Under the pieces are notes generated by a model. It was not told where the DNA came from and did no database searches. It was given only the letters and a program-made list of their open reading frames with translations. From the human T2T-CHM13v2.0 reference genome, Homo sapiens: a stretch of 64,000 nt of DNA. Positions within the stretch are counted from its first letter, which is position 1; every line of letters begins with the position of its first letter. Location of the stretch: the NCBI RefSeq assembly GCF_009914755.1, contig NC_060939.1; one strand, written 5' to 3'. The position numbers were made by a program, and so were the translations under genes. Shown here in pieces: positions 35,053 to 55,035 of the stretch.

Positions 35053-38000
35053 CTTATGTAAATAAATTGGTAAATTATTAGTAAAAATTTCAAGCCACCC
35101 TACCTATCTCTTAATGTCCCTATCCCTGTCATACATACTTCCTGCTCTTTTAAAGTAGAAAGAAAAGTCTAATGGTTGTAAAAGGTTCTTGTTTAAGATG
35201 ACAACAAACTACTACCAGCTATTATTAACCTCATCTTCCCACTGATATGTTCATGATAACAGGCAAATTTGCCAAGTTATAATAGCACAAGAAATGGAAT
35301 ATTTACAAACTACCACATCTCAAGAGGAATTTCAACGAATCAAAAAATAGACAAGACCACAAAGAAGAAATGTAGGGCCAAACGGGAGGCAGATTTTCAT
35401 TTATGTCTACTCTATAGGCTCCTGCAGAGACACTTGGTCTTAGCTGACCAGGAGGAAAGTCCCTCTGCCACTGTGAGGACGCTGCTTTTTAATGCGTCCA
35501 GAGAAGTGTCGCCAGCTTCTGGTGCACCCTTAATATCAACCAGTGACTTTCTTTCCACAACTACTCAGGGAAAACAACTCTTAGCAATAAAAGATGGGGC
35601 AGAAATTGACAGAAGGTGGTTTATTGTATTCTGAGACATGAAGTCATAAATATTGTTTTTCATGTACTGTTTTGGTAATGGAAAAACTACACACGGCTTT
35701 TAACTTATTCAGGACTACACTGTCCCCTCTACAAGGAGACAAGCACCAGAAGACCTCTCTTCAATCTGACAGAGCACTTTAAATACCATAGAAATTTCAT
35801 AACTGGTTATGTACATCCACTAGCCTTACAGTTGAGGATTTAAGAGAAAGGTTCTAACAGTCACCAGCAGTGAGTAAGAAAGATCAACTCGTGTAAGTTA
35901 CTCAACCTCTCTGAACCTCAACGGCCTCATCTCTAAAACAGGTACAGCAGGGGCATCTTCTTGGATTTGTTCTAAAGATTAAGTGAGAAATTATATATAG
36001 AAAATCTCTTGGCATAGTGGCTGTCACATAGTAAGTAGCCTCTCAGTAAATGGTAGCTAGTGAATGGTAATTCCTACTAAAAGACTACCAAATTTAGTAA
36101 AAAAGTATAATTAAACTATATGCTGCTTATGTGAGGCATTCCTACACAAAAAGGTTAAAAACAAAACAACTACAGATGCCATCAAGAGATAAAAAGAGGA
36201 AGAATAGCAATGAAAGTGTTAGACAAAGCAGAATTCAAAGCAAGAAGCGTTATATAGAAAAGGGAGAAATGCTAGTTTGAAAAAAGAAAATCCATGATAA
36301 ACAGATAGTGGTCATAAATTTTTATTGTACAAACTGAAAAATAAAAGAAAAATTTGACAGAGACACAATTATACTAAGTCAATGAGATACTGTCTCTAAG
36401 TAAAAAATAAAAAGGAATCCAGAAAGTATGAATAATATTAAACGATGAGAATATATATGAAAGATTGAAAATACATATATAAACAGACTACAAAGATACA
36501 CTTTTTCCCTTCCCAAGAATCCAAAGGGCATTTCAAAAAATGAACTATAAATTAATATACAAAGAAAATCTCAATATAGACCAAAGCAGAATCTGATAAA
36601 GTCTTATTCTATGTTCAGAAGGAAATAAAATTAGATATCATTAAGAAAAATGTAAACAAACAATAAACTCAAGCACTTCAAAATTTAAAAACATTCCAAA
36701 TTGTTGGACCACAGAAATCAAAATAATTCCAGAACACTTAGCAACATAAATTAGACTAATAGACATTAAGAAGTATAATAATTTGAGGCAAAAAAAGCAT
36801 TATCATCCTCTCATTTTTACTTACTTTTACCTGCACAATCCAGAAAAAGCATTTTACTCCAAGTTCAGGGCCTGAAAACTCAGGCTGTCATTTCAGAGAA
36901 AGCTCATTTACTTCTGGTTCACCCTGACTCCTGAGGTGCAGCCCCTTTGGGGTCCAGGCCCTTGGTGGAAAACTGAAGTTTTCCTTTTATCCCCCTAGTC
37001 CTATGATGCTGCCAAAAGCACAGTTCATTTTCTTAGTTGCCTCTTCAGAACTGGCACATATAATCCAAGGAAAAAATGACCCTAAGTATAATAGGCTTAC
37101 CTTCTGGGAATCCTGTTTTCTTCAGTATCTCAGCCCTACAATTCCTCACTATCTTGTTAGCTTTTTGATACTTCTAAGAAAGACATTTTAATATTTGTCC
37201 AGCTTTTTTAGATGTCATCAATAAAAGGAGGGTCCAAATTACCTGGTCTACCATTACTGAAAGAAGCCACTGTCAATTTTCATCCCTTTTAACCTACCTC
37301 ATGTTTCTTCTTGTTACTGCCTGACATTCACCTCAATATAAGTTTTAGGCAGATTTTTAAAAGTAAAATGTGTAAGAAGAAAACATAAGTTAAAAATGCT
37401 TTATGACATATGTATCATAAAAATATTAAAAGGCAAATGGCAAAGAGAAAAACATAAACAAATATAAAAACCAAAAGGCCAATATCCTTAAAATTGTATG
37501 AGCTCTTAAGTACAAGAAAAACATTTTTATATTTTAAAATTTTGTTTGCTCCCTCATTTTACTCAAGTCTCTGTCCACATTTCCTATCCTCAGAAAAACC
37601 TTCTTAATCGTGAATATAAAATGACCCCTTCCCCACCCATCTCTCTATTTCCCCTTAACGTACTCTATTTTTCTCCATAGCATTTACCACTACCTGCTTT
37701 TTTACTGTTATCTGGGCCCTCTGCCACTTATTTAAGGTCTGAGGGAAAACAGGTTTTGTTTTTATTCACTGCTGCTTCCTCCCTGCATAGAATAGTATCT
37801 GCTTAATAAAAACTTATGGAATGAATGAATCAAGTTCTCTATAAACAATGTATTTAAAAATAATGGAAAAAATATTTTAAAATACAGAATAATAAAAGCT
37901 AATATTTACAGAGTGCCAAGTGTTACTCTAAATGCTTTATATGTACAAATTCATTTAAACCTAAACAATCCTATGAGTTAGGTAATATCATGATGCCCAT

Positions 38001-38158
38001 TTTACAGATAAGCAAACTAGACACAGAGATATTATGTAATCTGCCCGAGGTCACATAGCTACTAAGTATACTGAAGATTAACAATCTGGCAAAATACTTT
38101 CTGTAACAATCAAATTAAGCTCACCTGTTCCTTTTCACACTTAAAAACTCTTAGATAT

Positions 38159-38477
<319 letters not shown>

Positions 38478-38813
38478 TTAAACAAAACCTCATATTAACC
38501 ACCACCATCAAGGAGTTTTCACTACATACATAACTAAAAACGTGCTCAGCCTTTAACATAAAATATCAAACTTAACCCTCATAATAACCTTGTCAAGTAG
38601 GTACTACTTCCTTTCATGTATGAAAGGAGAAAACTTAGGCTGAGGGAGGTTAAGTTAGTTGCCTAAAGTCCAGCTAGACTCGAAATTCAATTTCAGTTTG
38701 AATCTAAAGCCTGTATTTTTAACTACTAGGTTTAGGGATTTGCAATAAAACTTTATGCTTCAAAAGGATAAACAAGTACATTCCCCTTAGGGGAAAAAAA
38801 AAGCATTACATAC

Positions 38814-38995
38814 GTCCATTTCAGATATAAACTCTTCAGGTTTGTCCATAAAGACTGCAGAGACTGGAACAGATGTGTTTTTGGACATCATAAATTTTAA
38901 TGGAACTTCATGAAAGATTTGATTTCTCTCTCTCATAGTCATTTTCTTTTGGGGAAGTGGTGAATTAATATATATTACTTTAACTGGTTTTGAAC
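38814..38995 (-). CDS. ICE2: ICE2 exon 9 (SKPVKVIYINSPLPQKKMTMRERNQ...FISEMD)
   Basis: tttaag|G acceptor, GAC|GTATGT donor; 182 nt. Confidence 0.93.
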
Positions 38996-39894
38996 CTTAA
39001 AACAGAAACCAAAGAAAAGAGGTGATTAGTATCTAATTGTGATATATTTTTTAAAAACAGGATGTATGACATGAGGATCACCAAACAAAGAGACACAGGA
39101 GAATGGCAGCACATGTCCCATATATTTGCTACCCTTAGACTAGCAGATATTAAAGTCCTTTAGAAATCTAAGGGCAAGAAAATCCAACTGGCAGGAGAAA
39201 AATGTCTTTCTAGCAATGTTTAAAAAGGATTTTCTGGTTTTTACTATTATATTCTTACTGTCATTATTACTCAGTTTCTTATAGGAACTTGCAAAAAGTG
39301 ATGAAATATTTACCACATAGAATATATTACATTTAACTCTAATTTGTAGTTTTGTTTCAATAGACATAGTCTTTCATTTATTGTATTTATGCTGTGACAT
39401 ATATTAACTCTGAAAGATGTTTAAAAAATTAAATATCAAAACAGTATGGACATAATTTCTTATATACAGGAATATGCAAATATTAATTTTATTGTCAAAA
39501 GAAAGACTACCCTATTGCTTATATGTATAGACTTACTGTTATTCCAAATTCCAGTAACGAACAAGTAAATAAGTCATAAAAACTCACCCATTTGAGGTTG
39601 TCTACTAAAGTACTACATTCCTTTCATTTCAGTGAAAGACAGAACAACCTGACCATTTCATGTATTTCTTGGCCACCCTATGCCATCATTTTGTCTCTAA
39701 CTCTCACCCTTAAACATGACTACAGGTGCTATAGACCTAATTAATTCATTTAGTAGTGCTGAGCCTAAAGTAGCTTTACACATAAAAAAGTTTCACTGAA
39801 TGTGTCAAACTTACATCCTCCTTAAATCAGTACTTTGATATCTGACAACTGACCACCTATATTTAGACAGCTGAAATGAAATGGTTCCAACCTC

Positions 39895-40164
39895 TTTTTT
39901 CTTTTTTTTAAATTTTACTTTAAGTTCGGGGATACATGTGGAGAATGGGCAGGTTTGTTACATAGCTATACATGTGCCATGGTGGTTTGCTGCACGTATC
40001 AACCTGTCATCTAGGTTTTAAGCCCTGCACGAATTAGGTATTTGTCCTAATGCTCTCTCTCACCTTGCCCCCCACCCCCTGACAGGCCCCGGTGTGTGTT
40101 GTTTCACTCTCTGGGTCCATGTGTTCTCATTGTTCAACTCCTATTTATGAGTGAGAACATGCAG
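39895..40164 (-). mobile_element. 5'-truncated L1PA 3' end, 50 nt from the exon 8 donor
   Basis: tactttaagtt...gatacatgtg...gtttgttacatag...gagtgagaacatgcag; near-TSD tccaac(t)tctctttt. Confidence 0.85.
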
Positions 40165-40213
40165 TCCAACTTCTCTTTTTTGAGAGCATTATTTGACATA
40201 GCAAATTACAAAC

Positions 40214-40373
40214 CTGCAACAGGTATTACTTGAATACACACTGGAATTTCCCACTGTTCCTTGTACGTTGGTCCATGATTATTTAATAAGGTAAATAATG
40301 ACTGACTAGTTAGAGCTATCTGAGGGTGATATCTGGAAACAAGCTTCTCTGCATTTGGATCTTTACTAATATC
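40214..40373 (-). CDS. ICE2: ICE2 exon 8 (DISKDPNAEKLVSRYHPQ...IQVIPVA-G)
   Basis: ttttcag|G acceptor, CAG|GTTTGT donor; 160 nt; preceded by a 163-nt intron. Confidence 0.93.
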
Positions 40374-40536
40374 CTGAAAAACAACAAGTAATTTGTTACT
40401 TGGTTATACTTATTGAAAATTTCTTCAATAAAGAACAAAAAAAGTCAGAAAGGGGACTTTGGGACAATCGGGTTAGATATATTTTGTGAGATATAAAAGA
40501 TTATTTAGGAAGATCCAATGTTGCCTTGGTACTTAC

Positions 40537-40653
40537 ATAATGCATAGCTTCAGCTGTTTGTTCTGACGTTTCAATGGTAGCTATATCGTCCTTTGACAGC
40601 TGCAACTTTATAGGCATTGAGGGAAATACTGTTTTCACATATTTTACACTGCC
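40537..40653 (-). CDS. ICE2: ICE2 exon 7 (GSVKYVKTVFPSMPIKLQLSKDDIATIETSEQTAEAMHY)
   Basis: atttag|G acceptor, TAT|GTAAGT donor; 117 nt. Confidence 0.93.
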
Positions 40654-40817
40654 CTAAATATGAAAAAAAAATCATTTTATTGCAAAAATCGCAATGTATT
40701 TTTTCTAAGAAAAGTATCTTTCATCATATGAAACTCTTAACTTGAACTTTATAATTCTACTAAATGTAAACATCAGATTTAGAAACTTTATGCCAAGATA
40801 TTCATGTTTTTGCTTAA

Positions 40818-41135
<318 letters not shown>

Positions 41136-41449
41136 TAGAATTTTTCCTGCCACTTTAAAGTCTATCCTCTCCTTTCAGGAGATACAAATCATAACGGGGA
41201 TGGTAGAAACTCCAAAATATCCTCTCCACACACTTATTTCCAATATGTTTGTCAATAAAATCCCATTAAAAAAAGGGGCTTTCTGCTTGTATTCAGGGGC
41301 ATTCAGATGGGTGGTAAGAAAAGAAAATCAAGGAACAAAGTAGTGACATTTTTAAAAACATCAAGTATTTCTATCCACAGAATAAAAAGAAAGGGAAACA
41401 GATTGGTATTACATATTTTAAAAGTTATCTAATTATTGCTTAAAATTTA

Positions 41450-41861
<412 letters not shown>

Positions 41862-41887
41862 TTATATCGTCTGATAATAAACCTTAC

Positions 41888-42025
41888 CAATGCGAGAAGA
41901 GTTTTTTCTAACTTTAATCCCATCTCTACTCTGAATGGGAAGAATCCCATTAAGCTGGTGACCTCGTGGAGAGTATAGAATTCTGAATACTTTTTCACTT
42001 GTTCAATGCAAGCTCTTAAAATTTT
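41888..42025 (-). CDS. ICE2: ICE2 exon 6 (KILRACIEQVKKYSEFYTLHEVTSLMGFFPFRVEMGLKLEKTLLAL)
   Basis: ttctcag|A acceptor, TTG|GTAAGG donor; 138 nt, open frame. Confidence 0.93.
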
Positions 42026-43829
42026 CTGAGAAACAGAAATTAAGAAAAATTCATTTGTATTTCTCTAATAATGCAAAAAGAAAATTTTTAGTTACATGTG
42101 ACTATGTAATTATTCATTGCAAAAATTAGCCCGATTTCATTAATCAAGCTACTAATACACACATTGTATATTCTTTATTTTCATATTTTTAACCCAGTTA
42201 CTTACAATATTGATGTTTAATACTAAAATTAGCAGTCTCATTAAAATTTAAAATTAGAGAAGACACATATTTTCCATGTCATTTAAGAAACTGTTAAAGG
42301 CACATGAAAATTTCAACACACTTTTCTGCAATCAAAGCAGTTATATGAATAATTAGAAATTAAGTAGTATACTCTAAGAACATTCCCAAGCACAATGAAT
42401 TAATGAAGTAGTTATCTTACAGGTCACTCTAATCTATAATCTAAAAAAAATCAATGAGAAATGTTATAACTAATCCAAATGATGGAGTACTTAGTATTTT
42501 CTTTCCTCCAAACTGTTTTCAAAATATTAATGACTTATCAGGAAACATAATCTGTAAGTTAATAAAATTCACAGCTTTCTGTGAGAATAATATGTGCCAC
42601 TTCTGATAATATAGAAACAATTCAGAGATGCACAGCTGTTGGGGGTGGGGAAGAGTTGTTTGATTAAAACACACACACACATTATCTTCTAAGATACATA
42701 TTTTTTCTTCTTCTGTCAACGAACCTTATCTGAAATGTCTTAGAAAATATTTTAGGTCACAAAAGCTCTTGACATCTTCTTTATGTATTATCTTTATCCT
42801 ATATATCTACATCCCCTCTCCCTTCACATATTTGTAAAATGTGTCACGTTACAAATCAGTAACTTTACTCCAGTATATCTTTTCATCTATAGTTTCAGAA
42901 CCCCTTCCGCCCTTTTCTAATCTCTACTGCCTGCTATCTTTCACATTTTCTCTCTTCATCTATGCTTTTCATGGAAGATCTATTTAATTCATGGTATCAT
43001 TTGTAACTAACACAGATGTGGACTAATATGGAAAAGTTTTAAAAAATCTGAGTCAACTGCAAACTCGTATCTGCAAAATATCTTTGCTCCTTATTTGTAC
43101 TATTAGTTAACTTTCACTTGCAACATTCCCTTCCTATGGTAGTTATTACAAGAATTTGAATATGCAAAGGAAGGTGATAAATAAGAACTATGTGAAATAG
43201 AGACCATTCTTGTTACATATTCATTGGCACATCATTCCTGGTAAAACTGTGGTGGATGTTAGTGTTTTTAACTGAATTTACTTAATTCAGTAACTACAGC
43301 AAGAGAGTCAAAGGAAAATCTAAGACAGTTTTACACCTATACTCTGATACATTATACAATTATCGAAGTATTTTACAACTGGTAGGTATTCGATCAACTA
43401 AACGATCATTATTTAGCTTATGTAGCAAAAAAATGTTTTATATTAATAATTTATCTTTCTTTGAAAAATAACTAACTGAACACAGGAAGTTAAAAGATTC
43501 AGGCTGTTCCCCATCACTCACCCACTGAGTGCTATTAGTATTTAATACTCAAAATATCTTGAGAATTAAATACACCAAAAGCAAATGCATTTATACAATA
43601 CAGATCTATCATTATAAAAAATGCCCCCTAAATTTTATTTTGGGCTGGAAAGGAAAAATATTTCTGGGCTTGGTGAAAAGTGAGGAAAATATGCAAAAAC
43701 CATAAATCAACACATAGAGGAGAAACTAGAGCAGTGAGCAGTAAGAAAACCTATGAAAGGTGAGGTGGCTTAAGGGCTAATTCTTCAACCAGTTCTAAGA
43801 TCAGGTGGGAAGCGAAACATAAGACTTCT

Positions 43830-49123
<5,294 letters not shown>

Positions 49124-49499
49124 TCAAGTAAGGAGAATGTTATTTATTATACAAGAGGACTACACAGGGGGCTTCTGAATTACTGGCATTATTTTATTTC
49201 TTGACCTGGACAAGAGTTACGTAGATGTTTACTATATAATTATCTGTTAAGCTGCATCTATTTTTTCTTTCGTTCTATATACTTTTCCATATGTACGTGA
49301 CATTGTACAACATAAAATTTTAAAACTAAAAGATCTCAGAAAAATATCAGTGAATCTTTGGGATGGGGATGTAAAATACAACTTGGAGAAAATGTGCTGC
49401 CACATCAATATGGAAAAAAACATGATGATGTTTATCATTTATCATTAGCTACCAAGTAATGTACTTTGTTAATAAAGTACAGTTTTATATTCACCTAAG

Positions 49500-49980
49500 A
49501 AATATCTACATTGAGCACCTGAGCACTTAAGCGTGCCATACACTGTTCTAGTCATTGGAAGACCACGAGTGAATAAAACAGCACTACAAAAAGGCACTGT
49601 TTTACAAAAACAGTGAGGGGAAGGACAATAAGCAAAAATAAAATGTGGTAAAGGGAAAAGTGAGGGTCATACTACATTCCATAGGGTAATCAGGGACACC
49701 CTCATTGATAGGTGACATCTGAACAGACAGAGACCTAAAAGAATCAAGACACTACTACACGCAGAAATCCGGGGAATAGATTGAGAAAAATAGAAACCCC
49801 AAATGCCAAAGGACTTAAGGCAGGACTATGCTTGCAGTATTGAAGAAATGTAAAGGCCAGTCCGCAGGTGGGGGAAGAATAACTGATAGGGCAATTTGTA
49901 GAAAGTGAGGATGGGGGATGGGAGGGAGGGGAGAGATCATGCAGGCCACTGTAGAACTTTGTAAAGACTCTTCCTAAGAA
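49500..49980. mobile_element. L2 fragment
   Basis: ttgagcacct...gtgccatacactgttcta...ggtgacatctgaacagac motifs. Confidence 0.55.
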
Positions 49981-49984
49981 AGAT

Positions 49985-51287
<1,303 letters not shown>

Positions 51288-51825
51288 TAAGTAGTATACT
51301 TTAATTTTCTGGTAGGCTCAATGAATGATGGTAGGGTACAAGCTGGGATGATATACAGGTCTTACTAATAAATTTGCATGAATGAGTGAAGTATCCAAAA
51401 ATGAACTCAGAGTTGAAATTTATCATTTTGTGGCTGGTTACCACAAACATAATGAGCACAAGTTCACTTGACCGAGTTTTAAAAGGCCATTCAGACTTTT
51501 AGGGACCAGGATAACGCTTTAAACGCTATTCTCTCACAAGGGAAGTCAGTGGGTCAGTTCAAACTATTATGTGAATAAAATGTAATGATACAATACAGTA
51601 GCTGGATTGTTAAAGAATATAAATATACATAAAAATATACTATAGTACACAATTTTGAGATGTTAGTTTTTCTACTATTTTAATGCATGATGAAGAAAAG
51701 ACCTGTGGTTTTTAAATTGGTAACACTGACAGTTCCGAATGCTTTTGGTGGAATCATCACATATTTCAGAATGCTGCTATTGCCTATCACTTCGCAATTT
51801 ACACAAATGTGAGTTGTTTTTTTAC

Positions 51826-51945
51826 CTCTGTGAAGAGACGGGCATCATCAGAAAGCATATTATAATCCTGCGCACATTTCTTTGCAGAATTCTGCAAAAA
51901 CTTTAGGAACTCAGTAACTTCTTCGTTCACATGTTTTTTCATATC
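51826..51945 (-). CDS. ICE2: ICE2 exon 5 (DMKKHVNEEVTEFLKFLQNSAKKCAQDYNMLSDDARLFTE)
   Basis: Within ORF 51799-51990; aatcag|G acceptor, GAG|GTAAAA donor; 120 nt. Confidence 0.95.
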
Positions 51946-52213
51946 CTGATTTTTAAAAAAGTAGACATGTCTTGGGATAAAAAGTTTCATTAAAAAGAAT
52001 CACATTCTTAATCATTGCTATAATAATTTGGACTTAAAGAATAATTAAAGTATCAAATCCAAAGCAGAAATCAAAGAAGTCAGTAAAAATTATTATGCAG
52101 TAATGATAAACTGTTATTAAAAACTCCACAAAATAGAAAAGCAAATGACTAAGACTATACAATACATGCTCAGGAACTGAGAAGTTGATTTTATAAAATG
52201 CTGTCAAAAAAAA

Positions 52214-52614
<401 letters not shown>

Positions 52615-53292
52615 TAGTAATCATAAATTAAATTAATGTAAAGCAAGAGATCATTTTTCCCATTTTAAATTAAAGGCAAAAAAGGTAATGTCCAATATTA
52701 GTGAAGATAGTTTTTTCTTTTTTTAAATTTGATTTCGATTTTCTTTTACCTTACCCCTGTAGGATTAGAGAAGATAGTTTTTTCAAAACCTGTCATACAA
52801 CAGAGGTACAAACAAACTGGTTTAAACTTTTTGCAGAACAATTTATGCATGTGTAACTGCAGATCAAAGCTTTGAAAACATGCATAGGTTTTGATCTGGC
52901 AGTTTTAAGAATTTATCTTATGGAAACTATCATTGATATGAACAAAGATTTTGCTACAAAGATGTTCAGCATAGCATCATTTATATAATTGAGAATTTGG
53001 AAATGTCTTAATTGAAATAATTAAGCAATAATTTAAAATTGGTATAATCTATGTAAAATTCTACTGCTAGTACTTAAGATGAACTGGAGTGAGTCATGCT
53101 CAGAAGTAGAGCAAAATGCTTGAACTACAATGGAACCAACAAAAGAATTAAAGCACCATTGCTCTCTCAATCTCCTTACGTTTTCCATTTTAAAAAAAAT
53201 GACGGGACCTAAAAACATAAATGTAAATTTAAGATAAAAATATTTCCTAATTTTTATTATTTTTTCCTGAAACTGAAGAACACAATACATAC

Positions 53293-53554
53293 CAAGTACT
53301 GCAAGTAGTCATTTTTATTTATTCCAACAGCTTTGGAATTTGCAGGAATCTTTGCGTATTTAACCAACAAGTCCACATAACTCCTCTGCTCTCTCTGTGA
53401 GAAACGAGAGAAACGAGGATAAGGAACTCTTGGTTTTGGAAGAAGAACCATTCCAATTGTGGTTTTAACTTTTTCCTTTGCTTGAGTTGCTGAACTAACT
53501 GCCGGCTCATTTTCTACAGAACTTGCTGAGGCATTCAAATTTTCTCCTATACGT
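53293..53554 (-). CDS. ICE2: ICE2 exon 4 (RIGENLNASASSVENE...DYLQYL)
   Basis: Within ORF 53257-53565; ttccag|A acceptor, TTG|GTATGT donor; 262 nt. Confidence 0.95.
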
Positions 53555-54273
53555 CTGGAAAACAAAATATAATTTACAAATATGTGCTTTTCACATGAAG
53601 ATTACTATCATGGAACTTCATGATTCTCAATCACCAGGGAGAATATAGCGTGATTAACAGAGTAAACTCTGGATTATTATCTAACTCTGCCACCTGCATT
53701 TTGATGTTTAGCCATTTAAAGTAGATTAAGTATTCTGTGGCATATGATCACAATGCAAACTTACCTTCAATTACCTGATGGAGAGGAAGAGGTATACTTA
53801 TTCAATTTAGAAGTTTTTTTCCCATTAATAAAGAGGGGAAAATCGTTCTTGCCAATTACACATGCAGGTACTTTATGTTTACATTTTATTAAATTTGAGT
53901 TTTTAATACTTAAATTCATCACTAAGATTTATCAGTTAATATGGTGAATAAAAGCTACTAAGAACAGAATGTAAAGGAATCACAAATTTGAGATTAACAA
54001 AATTCACTGAGATTCTAAATGTTCTGATTTCCTCTGCTTATCTCAAAAATTAAGAAAATTCTAACATTATGCACCATATTTTTTGAAAGCAGTATTGGTT
54101 TTGGAAAAGTTGTACAATCCTCTATCACTCTGGTACATGGCTGAGTTCATGGAAATGACTTTATGCTTTTCATGGATGCCAAAGAAAAATCCTGGCGTAT
54201 CGTTAATGAAATGTACCAGAAGAGAAAGTAGTGAGTAGCTTCAGAACCTGTTACCATATGTGTTTATGGAATG

Positions 54274-55035
54274 TGTGAAGGTTGTTAGAATCACAATGGA
54301 GTCACCAATGTTTAAAAATCCCTTAATATCATGGAATACTATGCAGCCATAAAAAGGAATGAGATCATGTCCTTTGCAGGGGCACGAATGGAGCTGGAGG
54401 CCATTATCCTCAGCAAACTAACGCATGAACAGAAAACCAAACACCACATGTTCTCACTTATAAGTGGGAGCTGAAAAATGAGAACACATGGACACAGGGA
54501 AGGGAATACACATGGGCGTGTTGCGGGGTGGGGTTGGGGTAGGAGAACATTAGGAAAAATAGCTAATGCATGCTGGGCTTAATACCTAGGTGATGGGTTG
54601 GTAAGTACAACAAACAACCATGGCACACGTTTACCTACGTAACAAACCAGCGCATCCTGCACATGCACCCTGGAACTTAAAAAAAAACAAAAAACAAAAA
54701 ACACAAAACCCCTGATAATAAGAGCTAGTGAAGGCCATGAAGACAGAGTTCTCATGTTTGAATTCCTCATAACAAAATATTTCTGCAAGGGTATTTGTTC
54801 AGGAACTGCCGGTCCTTGGATTGGTGTCACCTTTGTTATTCATCTTTCAAAGATCAAGTATAACTATTTCAAAACAATCAGATAATCCTAATTTTTTACT
54901 TTAAAAATCTTTGTCCTCCTTTACCTCCCTGAATACGCACATAGTTTACCATGGCATACATACTCCCATTGCAATGCTTTACTCCCAAATAAATTTCTTT
55001 TATTTTAGAGAGTTTCTCTGTTACTTAGATTCACA
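54274..55035 (+). mobile_element. ERV1-type solo LTR (MER34-like) interrupted by an L1PA 3' end (~54329-54705)
   Basis: TG...CA termini with 4-bp TSD AATG (54270-54273, 55036-55039); AATAAA near 3' end; internal catggaatactatgcagccataaaaaggaatgagatcatgtcc L1 motif. Confidence 0.7.

Noticed and set aside
34271-35065. Plus-strand ORFs of 116 and 77 aa
   Set aside because: Antisense shadows of ICE2 exon 10, with non-ATG or weak starts and no independent support
39895-40164. Sense-oriented L1 tail as an intronic poly(A) site after exon 8
   Set aside because: No intact AATAAA before the A-rich tail; any 3'-seq signal here could be internal priming
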